A stretch of DNA of 64,000 nucleotides. Origin: Candidatus Scalinduaceae bacterium (GTDB lineage Bacteria; Planctomycetota; Brocadiia; Brocadiales; Scalinduaceae). Where the stretch lies: positions 51,731 to 115,730 of the forward strand of contig JBHICG010000003.1 of assembly GCA_046759445.1 (NCBI GenBank), written 5' to 3'. Within the stretch, counting starts at the first letter, position 1. Each line of letters begins with the position of its first letter. The notes under the pieces were generated by a model. That model ran no database searches. It was given only the letters and a program-made list of their open reading frames with translations, and was not told where the DNA came from. Both the position numbers and the translations under genes were made by a program. Below are positions 17,176 through 26,667 of this stretch, piece by piece.

Positions 17176-18642
17176 TCAGGGACTTATGCCTGATGTTACA
17201 GCTTCTGTTTCAATCTTATTCAGTACATCAGGGTCCAGGAGGGCCGCAACCTCAAACGAAAACCTGGCAAGGAGTTCCTTTTGCTGTTTCAATAATGTTG
17301 TTCCTACGTTTATATAAAGTTTGCCTAAATCAGACATGCTATTGATTATTATGTTTCTAGGAAGATTAAGGTATTTCAACAATTCATCACAACTTTTTAT
17401 ACATTCCTCTATGTTATTCTGGGAGATATAAATCTTGCTCAATGCAAGATGGGCCTCAATCAGGTATTTGTCCAACTTTAATGTACTCAAAAAGCAATCT
17501 TTTGCCTGATTAGTATTTCCCACTCTCTCATATGCAACAGCCAGATTAAATAGTGCATCGATGTGTTGTGTGTCTTTATTGATAACTAATTTGAACGTAT
17601 TAATTGCTTCATCGAATTGATTATCCTTCAAAAAGAGAAGTCCCATGCGATATTGAGCCAGTATTTCTTTTGGATAATTATCTAAATCTTCTTTGAATTG
17701 GAAATGCTCTGAGTTGTGTAATTTGTCAAGGATGTATATGAGAGTCTCGGTCTGTTTGTCTATCGTTGAAAAATGTTTGTCATAGACCGTTTTGACTTTT
17801 TTTCTCATTGTCTCAATCTGCCTGTCAGTGTAAGAGTTTAAGATGGAAATAGTATTATGCCAGTCCTCTGGATCTATAATGACTGAAAAAGAACCGTAAT
17901 CTAATATCTCACTAAACGGCAAGACCCACCCGTGAGTAAAGATAACGGGTATCGTTCCAAATGCCATTACTTCAAGTAAACGATAGGAAAATAAAGCATC
18001 TCCTCTGAGGATTAACGAGAACCTTGTATTCGATAAAAGGTCCAGATATTCCCGATTATTTTCTTGTCCAGTTGCCCATGGCCTCGTGTGGCCACTTTTA
18101 TTATGATCCAGGAGCTTTATGATAATATCGTCATTATTGTGAAATTTTAGAAAGTTTAGTCTGAAAGGATGTGATATTGCTCCCTTAAATGTCAAATAAT
18201 ATTTCTCCTGGCGTGTGAAATGAGCAGGAATTTTAGTGGTTGGAGAGGCCGGAAAGCTAACGTCTATTCCTTTTCTATAATTATCATTGGACAAACTGGA
18301 GGAGGCAAGAATTACATTTTCGTATTCAAACATTTTGGTAAAATTAGAGAATGGATTCATATCAAAAAGGACATGTCTTTTGGGGCCATTCCAAAATTCT
18401 AATTTCCGAAGTTGACCAGGCGCCTCACTGAAATCTGTTAGTTTACCTTTTATGAATGCTTTATCCGCATGCCCATATTCTGGCCAATTGGTTTCGCAAG
18501 CAGTGTCAAAGCCTGGAAAAAGAAGTGTCGCTTCTTTCGGATCAACGACTCTCTGCTTATGAGTCTCTAGAGACTTGTGAACTAAATCATACCATTTCGT
18601 GAGACATTTGGAATTTGTTTTTGGGTAGAGATAAAATTTCAT
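17176..18642 (-). CDS. Exostosin-like (GT47) glycosyltransferase fused to TPR/C-terminal module
   Basis: KYYLTFKG, FSLILRGD..SYRLLEVMAFGTIPVIFTHGWVLPFSEILDY; C-terminal module paralogous to that of 15115-16986. Confidence 0.82.
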   Translation of the reverse strand: MKFYLYPKTNSKCLTKWYDLVHKSLETHKQRVVDPKEATLLFPGFDTACETNWPEYGHADKAFIKGKLTDFSEAPGQLRKLEFWNGPKRHVLFDMNPFSNFTKMFEYENVILASSSLSNDNYRKGIDVSFPASPTTKIPAHFTRQEKYYLTFKGAISHPFRLNFLKFHNNDDIIIKLLDHNKSGHTRPWATGQENNREYLDLLSNTRFSLILRGDALFSYRLLEVMAFGTIPVIFTHGWVLPFSEILDYGSFSVIIDPEDWHNTISILNSYTDRQIETMRKKVKTVYDKHFSTIDKQTETLIYILDKLHNSEHFQFKEDLDNYPKEILAQYRMGLLFLKDNQFDEAINTFKLVINKDTQHIDALFNLAVAYERVGNTNQAKDCFLSTLKLDKYLIEAHLALSKIYISQNNIEECIKSCDELLKYLNLPRNIIINSMSDLGKLYINVGTTLLKQQKELLARFSFEVAALLDPDVLNKIETEAVTSGISP

Positions 18643-18728
18643 GACAACTCACAGACTAAACTATAGCATCGTTACCATAACCGTTTAACGTAAATTTATA
18701 GTATAGGAATTTTCATTTTAATGTTTAC

Positions 18729-19069
18729 CAGCCCGACAGTATCGTTATGGCGGGTAAATCGATCTTGCTGGTTCAATCATGTTGATTGAACCTAAATGTT
18801 CTGGCTCAGGCTGCAAGCCTGAACCAGCCAAATGGTTAAATTCAATCCCCCTTAGTCCCCCTTTAGTAAAGGGGGTTCTGTGTTCTGTGTTTCGGGAGTC
18901 CCTCCCGAAACATCATCATCTCTAATACTTACTGTTAAATAAAGCATGAAGATTCGCTTCGGGAGAGACTCCCGAAACACAGGAATTTGTTTCAATTTAT
19001 GTTAATTGGTGTCTGTTGCGGAATTGTCAATGACATTTTTGGGAATTTAAGTTTCCGCAATAGAAACTA
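18729..19069. repeat. Mosaic of at least five palindromic repeat families
   Basis: GCTGGTTCA.../...TGAACCAGC doublet, CCCCCTTT-AGT-AAAGGGGG, two TTCGGGAG..CTCCCGAA units, CTGTTGCGGAA...TTCCGCAATAG TIR pair. Confidence 0.8.
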
Positions 19070-22000
19070 ATTAGCAGTTAGAACATTTACTGTATCCATT
19101 GGTTGAACTCGTTTCAGATCCTCGCATATCTTAAAAGCAGTATCAGCAGCTTGAGTATCCCGCCTTTCTTTAAGTTTATGGCCTATTATGTCAAAGAGAT
19201 TTGCCAGATCAGATATGCTTTCCAATGTTATATTTCTAGATATATTGAGGAGTTGCAATAACTGGTCGCAATAAGAGACAACATCTTCGAAATTACCTTG
19301 AAGAATATTAATTTTGCATATAAGTAATCTGATATCAAACAGAGAAGGTTCTATATTGACGGCCTTTTCCCAAAAATGAATAGCTTCCTTGAGGTTGCCT
19401 TTTTTAAATTTAACATGACCCATTTTGATAATTGCATCTACTGAAGTATCTTTAATATTTAGGAGCTTCTTGTAGATTTCCTCCGACTTTTCAAGATTGT
19501 TATTATCCAGATAGAATTTACCTATAAGCCTAAGGCAATCTTCAATTGCAGTCGACACCTTAAGCGCTTTATCTATCTCGGCATTGCCCTTTTCATTCTG
19601 ACCGCTGGATAGGTAGTAAAATCCACGTAACAAATGTATCTTCCATTTATGACCAATGGTATAGTAGGTATATGCATTAATCGCTTCATTGTGATTTGCG
19701 ATACTATCCAATAGAGTTATATAATTGTCTGAAGTCTGCAGAAAATTGTCATACTTTTTCAGATTGTAATAAATGAATGATAGGATACAGAAAACATCTA
19801 AGTAATTTTCATCGATTCCCATTGCTCGCAGGGCGTATGTTTCTGACTCTTTTAGTTCTCCTTTCTCAAAATATGCGGCGCTGATAACGTAGTAAGAAAC
19901 CAGGAAATCTTTTATATTAAATCCATTATTCTCTGCAAGTTCTAATGCCCTCTTACTTTCTGAGACTGCCTCATCATACATACCCTGATCCAGATACGAA
20001 ATGCCGAGGTACCTGTGCGGAACAGGATTATGTGGTTCTTGTTTTATCTGATCCTTTAATAATATGGTGGTGCGTAAAAACTTTTCTTCCATTTTTTCTT
20101 CAGATAAGTTATAGCCGTGATGGATAACACTTAACGAGGAATCAAGACATTTACCCGTATGCCTTAAGCGATTGTGCACAGTTCCCTCATAATACGTCCC
20201 GTTAAAGTTCTTGAAAAGGCGTATCATCTTTGCGTAGCATTCTTGTGTGGAATCTTTAAACTTATTTTTAATAAGAAAAGAAACAGCCGTATAGTTGTTA
20301 TTACTGGCTATTTCTTTTAGCTTGGGGATATCAGTCTTATTCATCTCTTCGTCGGCATCGAGTATTAATATCCATTCACTGGTTGCATATTTCAGTGAAT
20401 AATTTCTTGCCTTGCTAAAACTCCCTTCCCATGGATGATGAAATAATTTTGCTCCAAAACTCTTTGCAATCTCGACACTCCTGTCAGTAGAACCTGTATC
20501 AACAATTATTATTTCATCTACTACATCTTTGACGATGTTAAGGCACTGTGCAAGATTATGTTCTTCATTTTTTACGATCATGCAGAGGGATATACTGCCA
20601 TGAAATCCCCCCCACTGCTTTCTTGCACCGTAGCGGCACGCTGCGAAAGCAAGAAGTGGGGGGGATTTAGGTGGATTCTCTCTTCTCTTCGATAATTTCT
20701 TCTGGACGTTTTTGAGGTTATTTATGATTACCTGATTATGAGGGTCAAATTCACTGGCCTTTTTGAAGAAGAACGCTGCCCTTTCGTACAACCCTTCTTT
20801 ATCTTCAAGACAACCAAGATTATTGTAAATCTCTGCATCCTTTACCCTCTGAAGGACTTTATAAAAGAAGATCCTTGATTCCTCGAATCGCTTCATGTCA
20901 AGACACAGTGTTCCCATGCCCTTGATAGCATTGACGTAATCTGTATCGATTTCTAATGCCTTTTTATATAGCGTTTCTGCCATCTTAAAATCATTCTTTA
21001 AGTAATACAAACGTCCGAGATTGTACTGTGCGGATTTTGATTGAGGACAAAACTCACAAGCCTTCTTCAGGTAAAAATCGGCATGGTCGTAATCATCGAG
21101 TGAACTATATACACAACCAAGATTTTCGTATGCCTCGAAATAATCAGGTGATATGTCTATGGCTTTTTTCAAATACTTTACTGCATCTTCAAATAAACCT
21201 TTCTCTGAACACTGTATTCCAAGGTCAAAGTGTGCCCTTGCGTTGTTGGGATTGTCTTTTATCTTTTTCATGCCGATAGAAAGATACAAGTCTCCTTTTT
21301 TGTCTAGTTGTTGTTTGTCTTTAGCTTTTCCGTAATGATGAATTACAATATCAGTATTTCCTATTTGATTGTTTCCATCAAGGTGTGAAATATCCGCAAT
21401 TTCATGCACTCTGCCACTGAAACGGATCCCCCTCCGGTTTTTGAATAGTCTGATTAGGGGAGAATCTATATATCCAGCGTAATCCTTGCCTTCAATGTAG
21501 TCTGTCTTATTCTCCATCCAGCCCTTGAAACCTGCATAATTTTCATAATTTCTCTGTATCAAATTAAATCCGGTATTATCTGTAATACTTATTAATTCCC
21601 TTATTCTTTGCATATCTTTCTCTGCTATGACTTCGTCTGCATCGAGCGCCAATATCCAATTGCCAGTTGCATGTCTAAGAGATATATTTCTTGCCTCACT
21701 AAAATCGTCATTCCATTTATGGCCGTACACCCTGGCGCCATACTGTTTTGCTATCTCAACAGTTTCATCATCTGAACCTGTATCTACTACAATAATCTCG
21801 TCTACAAATGGTTTCATCTTTTGCAGACATTTTGGCAGGTAGTCTTCTTCATTCTTAACTATCATGCATAAGGATATAGTTGATCTGCTTTTTTCATCCA
21901 AAGATCTTACAAATATTCCATCCATTTTACTAATTGGAGGATTATCCAGTTCTACTTTGCCAACAGGCATAATCCCCCTTCCTCCCCCTTTGATAAAGGG

Positions 22001-23278
22001 GGAATGAGGGGGATTTTCATCTTCCTTCCTGTCCGAACGCCTTGCCTGAGCGGATGTGCCTTCTTTTGAAGTGATTGTTACGTTTTTGTTATTAAAAATA
22101 TTGTTGTGACTTCTTTCAAAAATAGTGTTTGATGGCGTACAAGTTCCTTTTATTTCTCTATCAAGCTCTCCATCCCATTCTCTGGCTATTACGTCCCATG
22201 AATAATTTTCTAATGCCCTGTGATGTGCTGTCAAGCTCATTTCGTTCCATCTATCCTTGTATCTTATCAGATGAACAACCTCTTTTACGAACCGATCTTG
22301 ATAATCACGAGATTTACTATTTCCTGATATACAAATACCTGTCTTATTGTGTAGAACTGTTTCACTTAACCCGCCTGATTCTGTTGTTACAACGGGAAGT
22401 CCGGCAGCTTGCGCCTCTATTGCGGCTATGCAAGAAGTCTCAGTGAAGTGGTTGGGATATACCATTAGATAGGATTTCTTTAATTCGTCGGATAATATGT
22501 TCTGAGGTATGCTGCCCTTGAGGTAAATGCCCGGCTGATTGCATTTGTCATAAAGCTTTCCATACATCTTCCTGTTATCGTCTTCTGACATTCCGTATAC
22601 GCACATACTGCTATATATAAATAGTTCAGCAAATGGTATTCTGGTTTTAATAATCGGGAAAACATCCAGAAGTACATCCAGCCCCCTGAAAGGAGTACTG
22701 GTATACACAAGCCTGCCAATATTTCTTTTGTATTTATTGTTTTCGTAAAATTCTCGATTTATACCATTTCTGCTTAGAAAAAATTTTTCTGAGGATATAT
22801 TAAAATGTTTCATCATTGTCTCTGCTTGCCATTTCCCAACGGTAAAGATCTTATCGATTCTGTTTTGAATATATTTATTGCCAAGGTCTTTCAGGAATGG
22901 CTGGTCGTAAGCATCCTGTGTCCAGAATATTTTTAATCTTGCAGGAAGATTCATTTTAAAGGCATCCAACATTCTTGAGACAACCATGACATCGAAGTTT
23001 TTCCCCAAAATATAACTTTCGGATTCTTTGATGTCTTGATATAAAACACCATTGTAGTTTCCAGGGGCATTACATGGACAAATGACTACTACATCATTGC
23101 CAAGCCTGGCCAATTCTTTTGCAATGTATATTATTGCAGTTTCACTGCCGCCCAATCCTTTGTTTATAATAGTCTCAGGATTGAATTCTACGCTGTTGGC
23201 AAGGAATAATATGGATTTCTTCATATCTTTAACTTTAATATTTTGCCACAGAAATTCCACGGAATTATGCTGAAACAC
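19067..23278 (-). CDS. Multidomain glycosyltransferase GT4-GT2-TPR-GT2-TPR (1403 aa)
   Basis: GLGGSETA, YTSTPFRGL, ETSCIAAIEAQAAG (GT4); two ISLCMIVKNEE..DTGS..DADE GT2 domains each followed by TPRs; start may be ATG 23224. Confidence 0.9.
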   Translation of the reverse strand: MFQHNSVEFLWQNIKVKDMKKSILFLANSVEFNPETIINKGLGGSETAIIYIAKELARLGNDVVVICPCNAPGNYNGVLYQDIKESESYILGKNFDVMVVSRMLDAFKMNLPARLKIFWTQDAYDQPFLKDLGNKYIQNRIDKIFTVGKWQAETMMKHFNISSEKFFLSRNGINREFYENNKYKRNIGRLVYTSTPFRGLDVLLDVFPIIKTRIPFAELFIYSSMCVYGMSEDDNRKMYGKLYDKCNQPGIYLKGSIPQNILSDELKKSYLMVYPNHFTETSCIAAIEAQAAGLPVVTTESGGLSETVLHNKTGICISGNSKSRDYQDRFVKEVVHLIRYKDRWNEMSLTAHHRALENYSWDVIAREWDGELDREIKGTCTPSNTIFERSHNNIFNNKNVTITSKEGTSAQARRSDRKEDENPPHSPFIKGGGRGIMPVGKVELDNPPISKMDGIFVRSLDEKSRSTISLCMIVKNEEDYLPKCLQKMKPFVDEIIVVDTGSDDETVEIAKQYGARVYGHKWNDDFSEARNISLRHATGNWILALDADEVIAEKDMQRIRELISITDNTGFNLIQRNYENYAGFKGWMENKTDYIEGKDYAGYIDSPLIRLFKNRRGIRFSGRVHEIADISHLDGNNQIGNTDIVIHHYGKAKDKQQLDKKGDLYLSIGMKKIKDNPNNARAHFDLGIQCSEKGLFEDAVKYLKKAIDISPDYFEAYENLGCVYSSLDDYDHADFYLKKACEFCPQSKSAQYNLGRLYYLKNDFKMAETLYKKALEIDTDYVNAIKGMGTLCLDMKRFEESRIFFYKVLQRVKDAEIYNNLGCLEDKEGLYERAAFFFKKASEFDPHNQVIINNLKNVQKKLSKRRENPPKSPPLLAFAACRYGARKQWGGFHGSISLCMIVKNEEHNLAQCLNIVKDVVDEIIIVDTGSTDRSVEIAKSFGAKLFHHPWEGSFSKARNYSLKYATSEWILILDADEEMNKTDIPKLKEIASNNNYTAVSFLIKNKFKDSTQECYAKMIRLFKNFNGTYYEGTVHNRLRHTGKCLDSSLSVIHHGYNLSEEKMEEKFLRTTILLKDQIKQEPHNPVPHRYLGISYLDQGMYDEAVSESKRALELAENNGFNIKDFLVSYYVISAAYFEKGELKESETYALRAMGIDENYLDVFCILSFIYYNLKKYDNFLQTSDNYITLLDSIANHNEAINAYTYYTIGHKWKIHLLRGFYYLSSGQNEKGNAEIDKALKVSTAIEDCLRLIGKFYLDNNNLEKSEEIYKKLLNIKDTSVDAIIKMGHVKFKKGNLKEAIHFWEKAVNIEPSLFDIRLLICKINILQGNFEDVVSYCDQLLQLLNISRNITLESISDLANLFDIIGHKLKERRDTQAADTAFKICEDLKRVQPMDTVNVLTAN
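20602..20678. repeat. In-frame nested palindromic element inside CDS
   Basis: Encodes NPPKSPPLLAFAACRYGARKQWGGF; homologous to intergenic elements at 15008 and 35121. Confidence 0.88.
21971..22017. repeat. In-frame CCCCCTTT/AAAGGGGG palindromic element inside CDS
   Basis: Encodes ENPPHSPFIKGGGRGI; near-identical hairpin at intergenic 7547-7577. Confidence 0.88.
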
Positions 23279-23405
23279 AATGACAACGAAATTCTAAGCA
23301 TTAAATCCCGGCCTCGCCGGCAGGCCCGTCAGCCATTCTTCGGGCAGGCAGGCGAAATACAAAACAATTTCAAATTTCAAAAGATATTGAGCAATTATTC
23401 ATGTG

Positions 23406-25289
23406 CTAAACCGCAATTCGCAATCCCAAATCGACAACCTCTTGTAACAATGCCTTTCTAATCTGTTCGAACACTCCACCCCAATCTTTTGGTCTGGTTT
23501 GTCTAAATAAGCGCACATCCGGATACCACGGGCTATCATCACGGTTTAATAACCAGCGCCAATCTGGCGCAAAAGGCAAGAGAACCCACACCTGTTTGCC
23601 AATGGCTCCAGCTAAATGCACAACTGCGGTATCTACGGCAATGACCAGGTCTAAATTGGATATTGCGGCTGCCGTATCTGCAAAGTCGCTTAAATCATTT
23701 TCAAGGTCTATGATTTTCATTCCCTTAGGCGAATTAAGTATTTCCACCGATGCTGGTCCTTTTTGAAGACTGTAAAAAGTTAACCCCGGAATGTCAGCAA
23801 GTGGAGCAAGGTCAGTGAGTGAACAGGAACGATTGCGGTCATTTCTATGCCTGGGATTGCCTGCCCAAACAAGGCCAACCTTAAAAGTATCGTCTTGATC
23901 AAGGCGCATGCGCCATTGCGCCACAAGTTCGTGATCAACCGAAATATAGGGTACATCCGATGGTATAGTTTGCAGAGTTGTGCCAAATATTCCTGGTAGA
24001 CTTAGTAATGGTATATGGAAGTTAAAATGTGCGGCAGGTTTACGGTTAGCTTTATGTTCTATAATCTCGTCAAACCCTGTACATTTTTTTAATAAGCGTG
24101 AAAGAACCTGCTGGCACTCAAATATTACGTGTCCTCCTTGTGCATGTACCATAGGGAGATATCTCACGAATTGAATGGTGTCGCCAAGACCTTGCTCTGC
24201 GTGTACGAGTATGGACTTGCCTTTTAGCGGCGTGCCGTCCCATCGTGGTTGCTGGAAGACGTTTGAAGTGCAATCTTTTGTGAGCAATCTCCATTCATAC
24301 TCTGGCCAGCCGTCTTCAAAGCTTTCTGTTAACAATAATGCAAGAGACCTATTTCTATACGCCTCTACATACTCAGGTCTGAGTTCAATTGCGCGACTGT
24401 AACTCTCTACAGCTTTGTCAAGTTTGCCCTGGTCTTGAAGCGCAACAGCAAGATTATTGTGCGAAGTGGCATCGTCTGGTTTAAGGGCAATTGCGCGTCT
24501 ACAACATGCTACCGCCTCATCAAGCTTGCCTTGTTCTTGAAGTATAACGCCAAGATTGTTGTGTGCCGTGGCATCGTCTGGTTTAAGCTTAATTGCTCGC
24601 TTACAGTATTTCACTGCCTCATCAAATTTACCCTGTTTTTTTAAGGTGTTACCAAGATTATAATGAGCCTCAACATAGTTCGGTTTGAGTTTTATAGCCT
24701 GGATAAAGCTCGCAATTGCTTCGTCAAGTCTGCCTAGTTCTTGTAGCGCCGTAGCGAGATTATTATGCGCTATTACATAATCGGGTCTGAGCTTTAATAC
24801 CTGCCTGTAAGTTTTTACTGCCTCATCATATTTACCGTGTTCTTGAAGTGTATTGCCAAGATTGAAATGAACCTCAGCATCGTCTGACTTTAGCGCTATT
24901 ACGCACCTGTAACTTTCTATGGCTTCGTAAAATTTATCCTGTTTTTTAAATGTGTTGCCGAGATTGAAATATACGTCAGCATAGTCAGGGTTGATTGCTA
25001 TTGCTTGATTATAAGTGGCTACTGCCTCGTCAAGTTTGCCCTGTTCTTGAAGTGCCGTGCCAAGATTGTTATGCGCAACCACATTGTCTGGTTTGAGTTT
25101 TATTGCCTTCCTGAGGAAAGTGGCGGCTGTATCATGATTTCCCTGTTGTAGATTCAAGGTGCCAAGGAGAAAATTTGTATCAGCGTGTTCTGGCTGTTTC
25201 TTCAGTAGCTTTTGGTAAAGTTGCGCTGCTGCTGCTAGATTTCCAGCCTGGTGATAATTATACCCTTTTTGAAGCCATCCTTTAACCAT
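23406..25289 (-). CDS. TPR repeats + GT9-like (GT-B) domain protein
   Basis: Long TPR array then GWPEYEWR, HAEQGLGDTIQFVRY, GLVWAGNP, DLVIAVDTAVVHLAGA, DWRW...SPWYP. Confidence 0.88.
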   Translation of the reverse strand: MVKGWLQKGYNYHQAGNLAAAAQLYQKLLKKQPEHADTNFLLGTLNLQQGNHDTAATFLRKAIKLKPDNVVAHNNLGTALQEQGKLDEAVATYNQAIAINPDYADVYFNLGNTFKKQDKFYEAIESYRCVIALKSDDAEVHFNLGNTLQEHGKYDEAVKTYRQVLKLRPDYVIAHNNLATALQELGRLDEAIASFIQAIKLKPNYVEAHYNLGNTLKKQGKFDEAVKYCKRAIKLKPDDATAHNNLGVILQEQGKLDEAVACCRRAIALKPDDATSHNNLAVALQDQGKLDKAVESYSRAIELRPEYVEAYRNRSLALLLTESFEDGWPEYEWRLLTKDCTSNVFQQPRWDGTPLKGKSILVHAEQGLGDTIQFVRYLPMVHAQGGHVIFECQQVLSRLLKKCTGFDEIIEHKANRKPAAHFNFHIPLLSLPGIFGTTLQTIPSDVPYISVDHELVAQWRMRLDQDDTFKVGLVWAGNPRHRNDRNRSCSLTDLAPLADIPGLTFYSLQKGPASVEILNSPKGMKIIDLENDLSDFADTAAAISNLDLVIAVDTAVVHLAGAIGKQVWVLLPFAPDWRWLLNRDDSPWYPDVRLFRQTRPKDWGGVFEQIRKALLQEVVDLGLRIAV

Positions 25290-25296
25290 TACATAA

Positions 25297-26508
25297 TTAC
25301 TCGCTTTGTCTTAAAAATTTATCCTTGCTAAAAAGCACATTAAAAACAAATTTTGATTGCAAATACTGGTCGGGCATCAATTTAACCACTTTTAGATTTA
25401 AACCTTCTCCACTGAAACAGTAGGTGTTGTATCCAAGTTCACTCATAAACTTCCTTAGTTCACCTTCACTTGTTCCCATTTGCCGTAAAGCAGACCTATT
25501 AACTTCACAGATAATATAGGGAATATTATTTTTTAATATGATGGTTTCGCCTCCGCGTAGAATATCGAATTCGGCTCCCTCCGCATCAATCTTTATCAGT
25601 TTGCAAGTCACAAGATTTTTATCTCTAAAAAAATTGTTCAGAGTTTCGAGTTTAATTTTTTTTACTAATTGATTAACACGGCTTATCTTGTTGAAACTAT
25701 GTGTGCCTACATCCCATAAAGCGTGTCCTCCATCATTATCCAGATTTAGAAAAAAATCAGTTTCTCTATTTTTTACTCCCAATGCCAAATTAAATGCGTG
25801 TATATTCGTTTTTTTATTGATTGTAATATGTCTTTTTATGTGATTGTAATTAGAAATAGATGGTTCAAAAGTGAAGACATTGCCTTCTTTTCCAACTAAC
25901 TCAGAGGCTAACAATGAAAAATATCCAATGTGTCCTCCAATATCGATTACAACGTCGCCCATTTTTACTATAGTTGCTATAAAACAGGAAGTTTCTTCTT
26001 CATATAATCTATTATGTGAGATAAAATCCCAAATTATTTTTTGACTAAATTCTTCCAGATTTAATGTCAGCTTATACTTCAGAGGAATATCGCCTAGCTT
26101 AAAGGATAAATTTATTTCCTTTGTTATATTAGAACTAAATGAGTAATCTTTTTGCTTCTTTAAGTTATTAATTATAGTTTCCTTTTCTTCTGTTGATAGG
26201 CAATTGCCGTACTCTGTCAAAATCGTTTTTACTGCCTTCCAGTTGCCAATTTCTTGATAATTCAAAATAAGATTGTGTATTGCATCTGTATTATTATTGT
26301 CTTTTCTGAGCACTTCCAAAAAAGTCGATGTGGCTTCATGGTATTTCCCTAACCTGTATAGAGATACGCCTTTATTATTTAAGGCAGAAAGATTTCCAGG
26401 TTCCTTTTCCAATATAGATTCGAAGATTTTAAGAGCCTCTTCTATTGCTCCTTCCCGAAAGAGTTGTTCTCCATGCGCAATTTCTCCACTTAATATGCCT
26501 GTAGTCAT
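25297..26508 (-). CDS. TPR + FkbM-family SAM methyltransferase
   Basis: VIDIGGHIGYFS, VFTFEP, LIKIDAEGAEFDILRG; N-terminal TPRs. Confidence 0.9.
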   Translation of the reverse strand: MTTGILSGEIAHGEQLFREGAIEEALKIFESILEKEPGNLSALNNKGVSLYRLGKYHEATSTFLEVLRKDNNNTDAIHNLILNYQEIGNWKAVKTILTEYGNCLSTEEKETIINNLKKQKDYSFSSNITKEINLSFKLGDIPLKYKLTLNLEEFSQKIIWDFISHNRLYEEETSCFIATIVKMGDVVIDIGGHIGYFSLLASELVGKEGNVFTFEPSISNYNHIKRHITINKKTNIHAFNLALGVKNRETDFFLNLDNDGGHALWDVGTHSFNKISRVNQLVKKIKLETLNNFFRDKNLVTCKLIKIDAEGAEFDILRGGETIILKNNIPYIICEVNRSALRQMGTSEGELRKFMSELGYNTYCFSGEGLNLKVVKLMPDQYLQSKFVFNVLFSKDKFLRQSE

Positions 26509-26667
26509 TTTTGTCTCCTGTTTAGCCTTCTATAATTTTTTGCTCTTTTTTGTTCAACAATAATTCTAGGAATTTCAATGTTACCACAAAGATTCCTGTC
26601 TGCCGTGCTCACGGCACAGGCGGGCAGGTCTGGTTTCTTACCCGACATAATGAAGACTGCCGAAGGC

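Noticed and set aside
23243..23461. 72-aa ORF on + strand
   Set aside because: Antisense, built from GC-rich palindromic and heptamer repeats.
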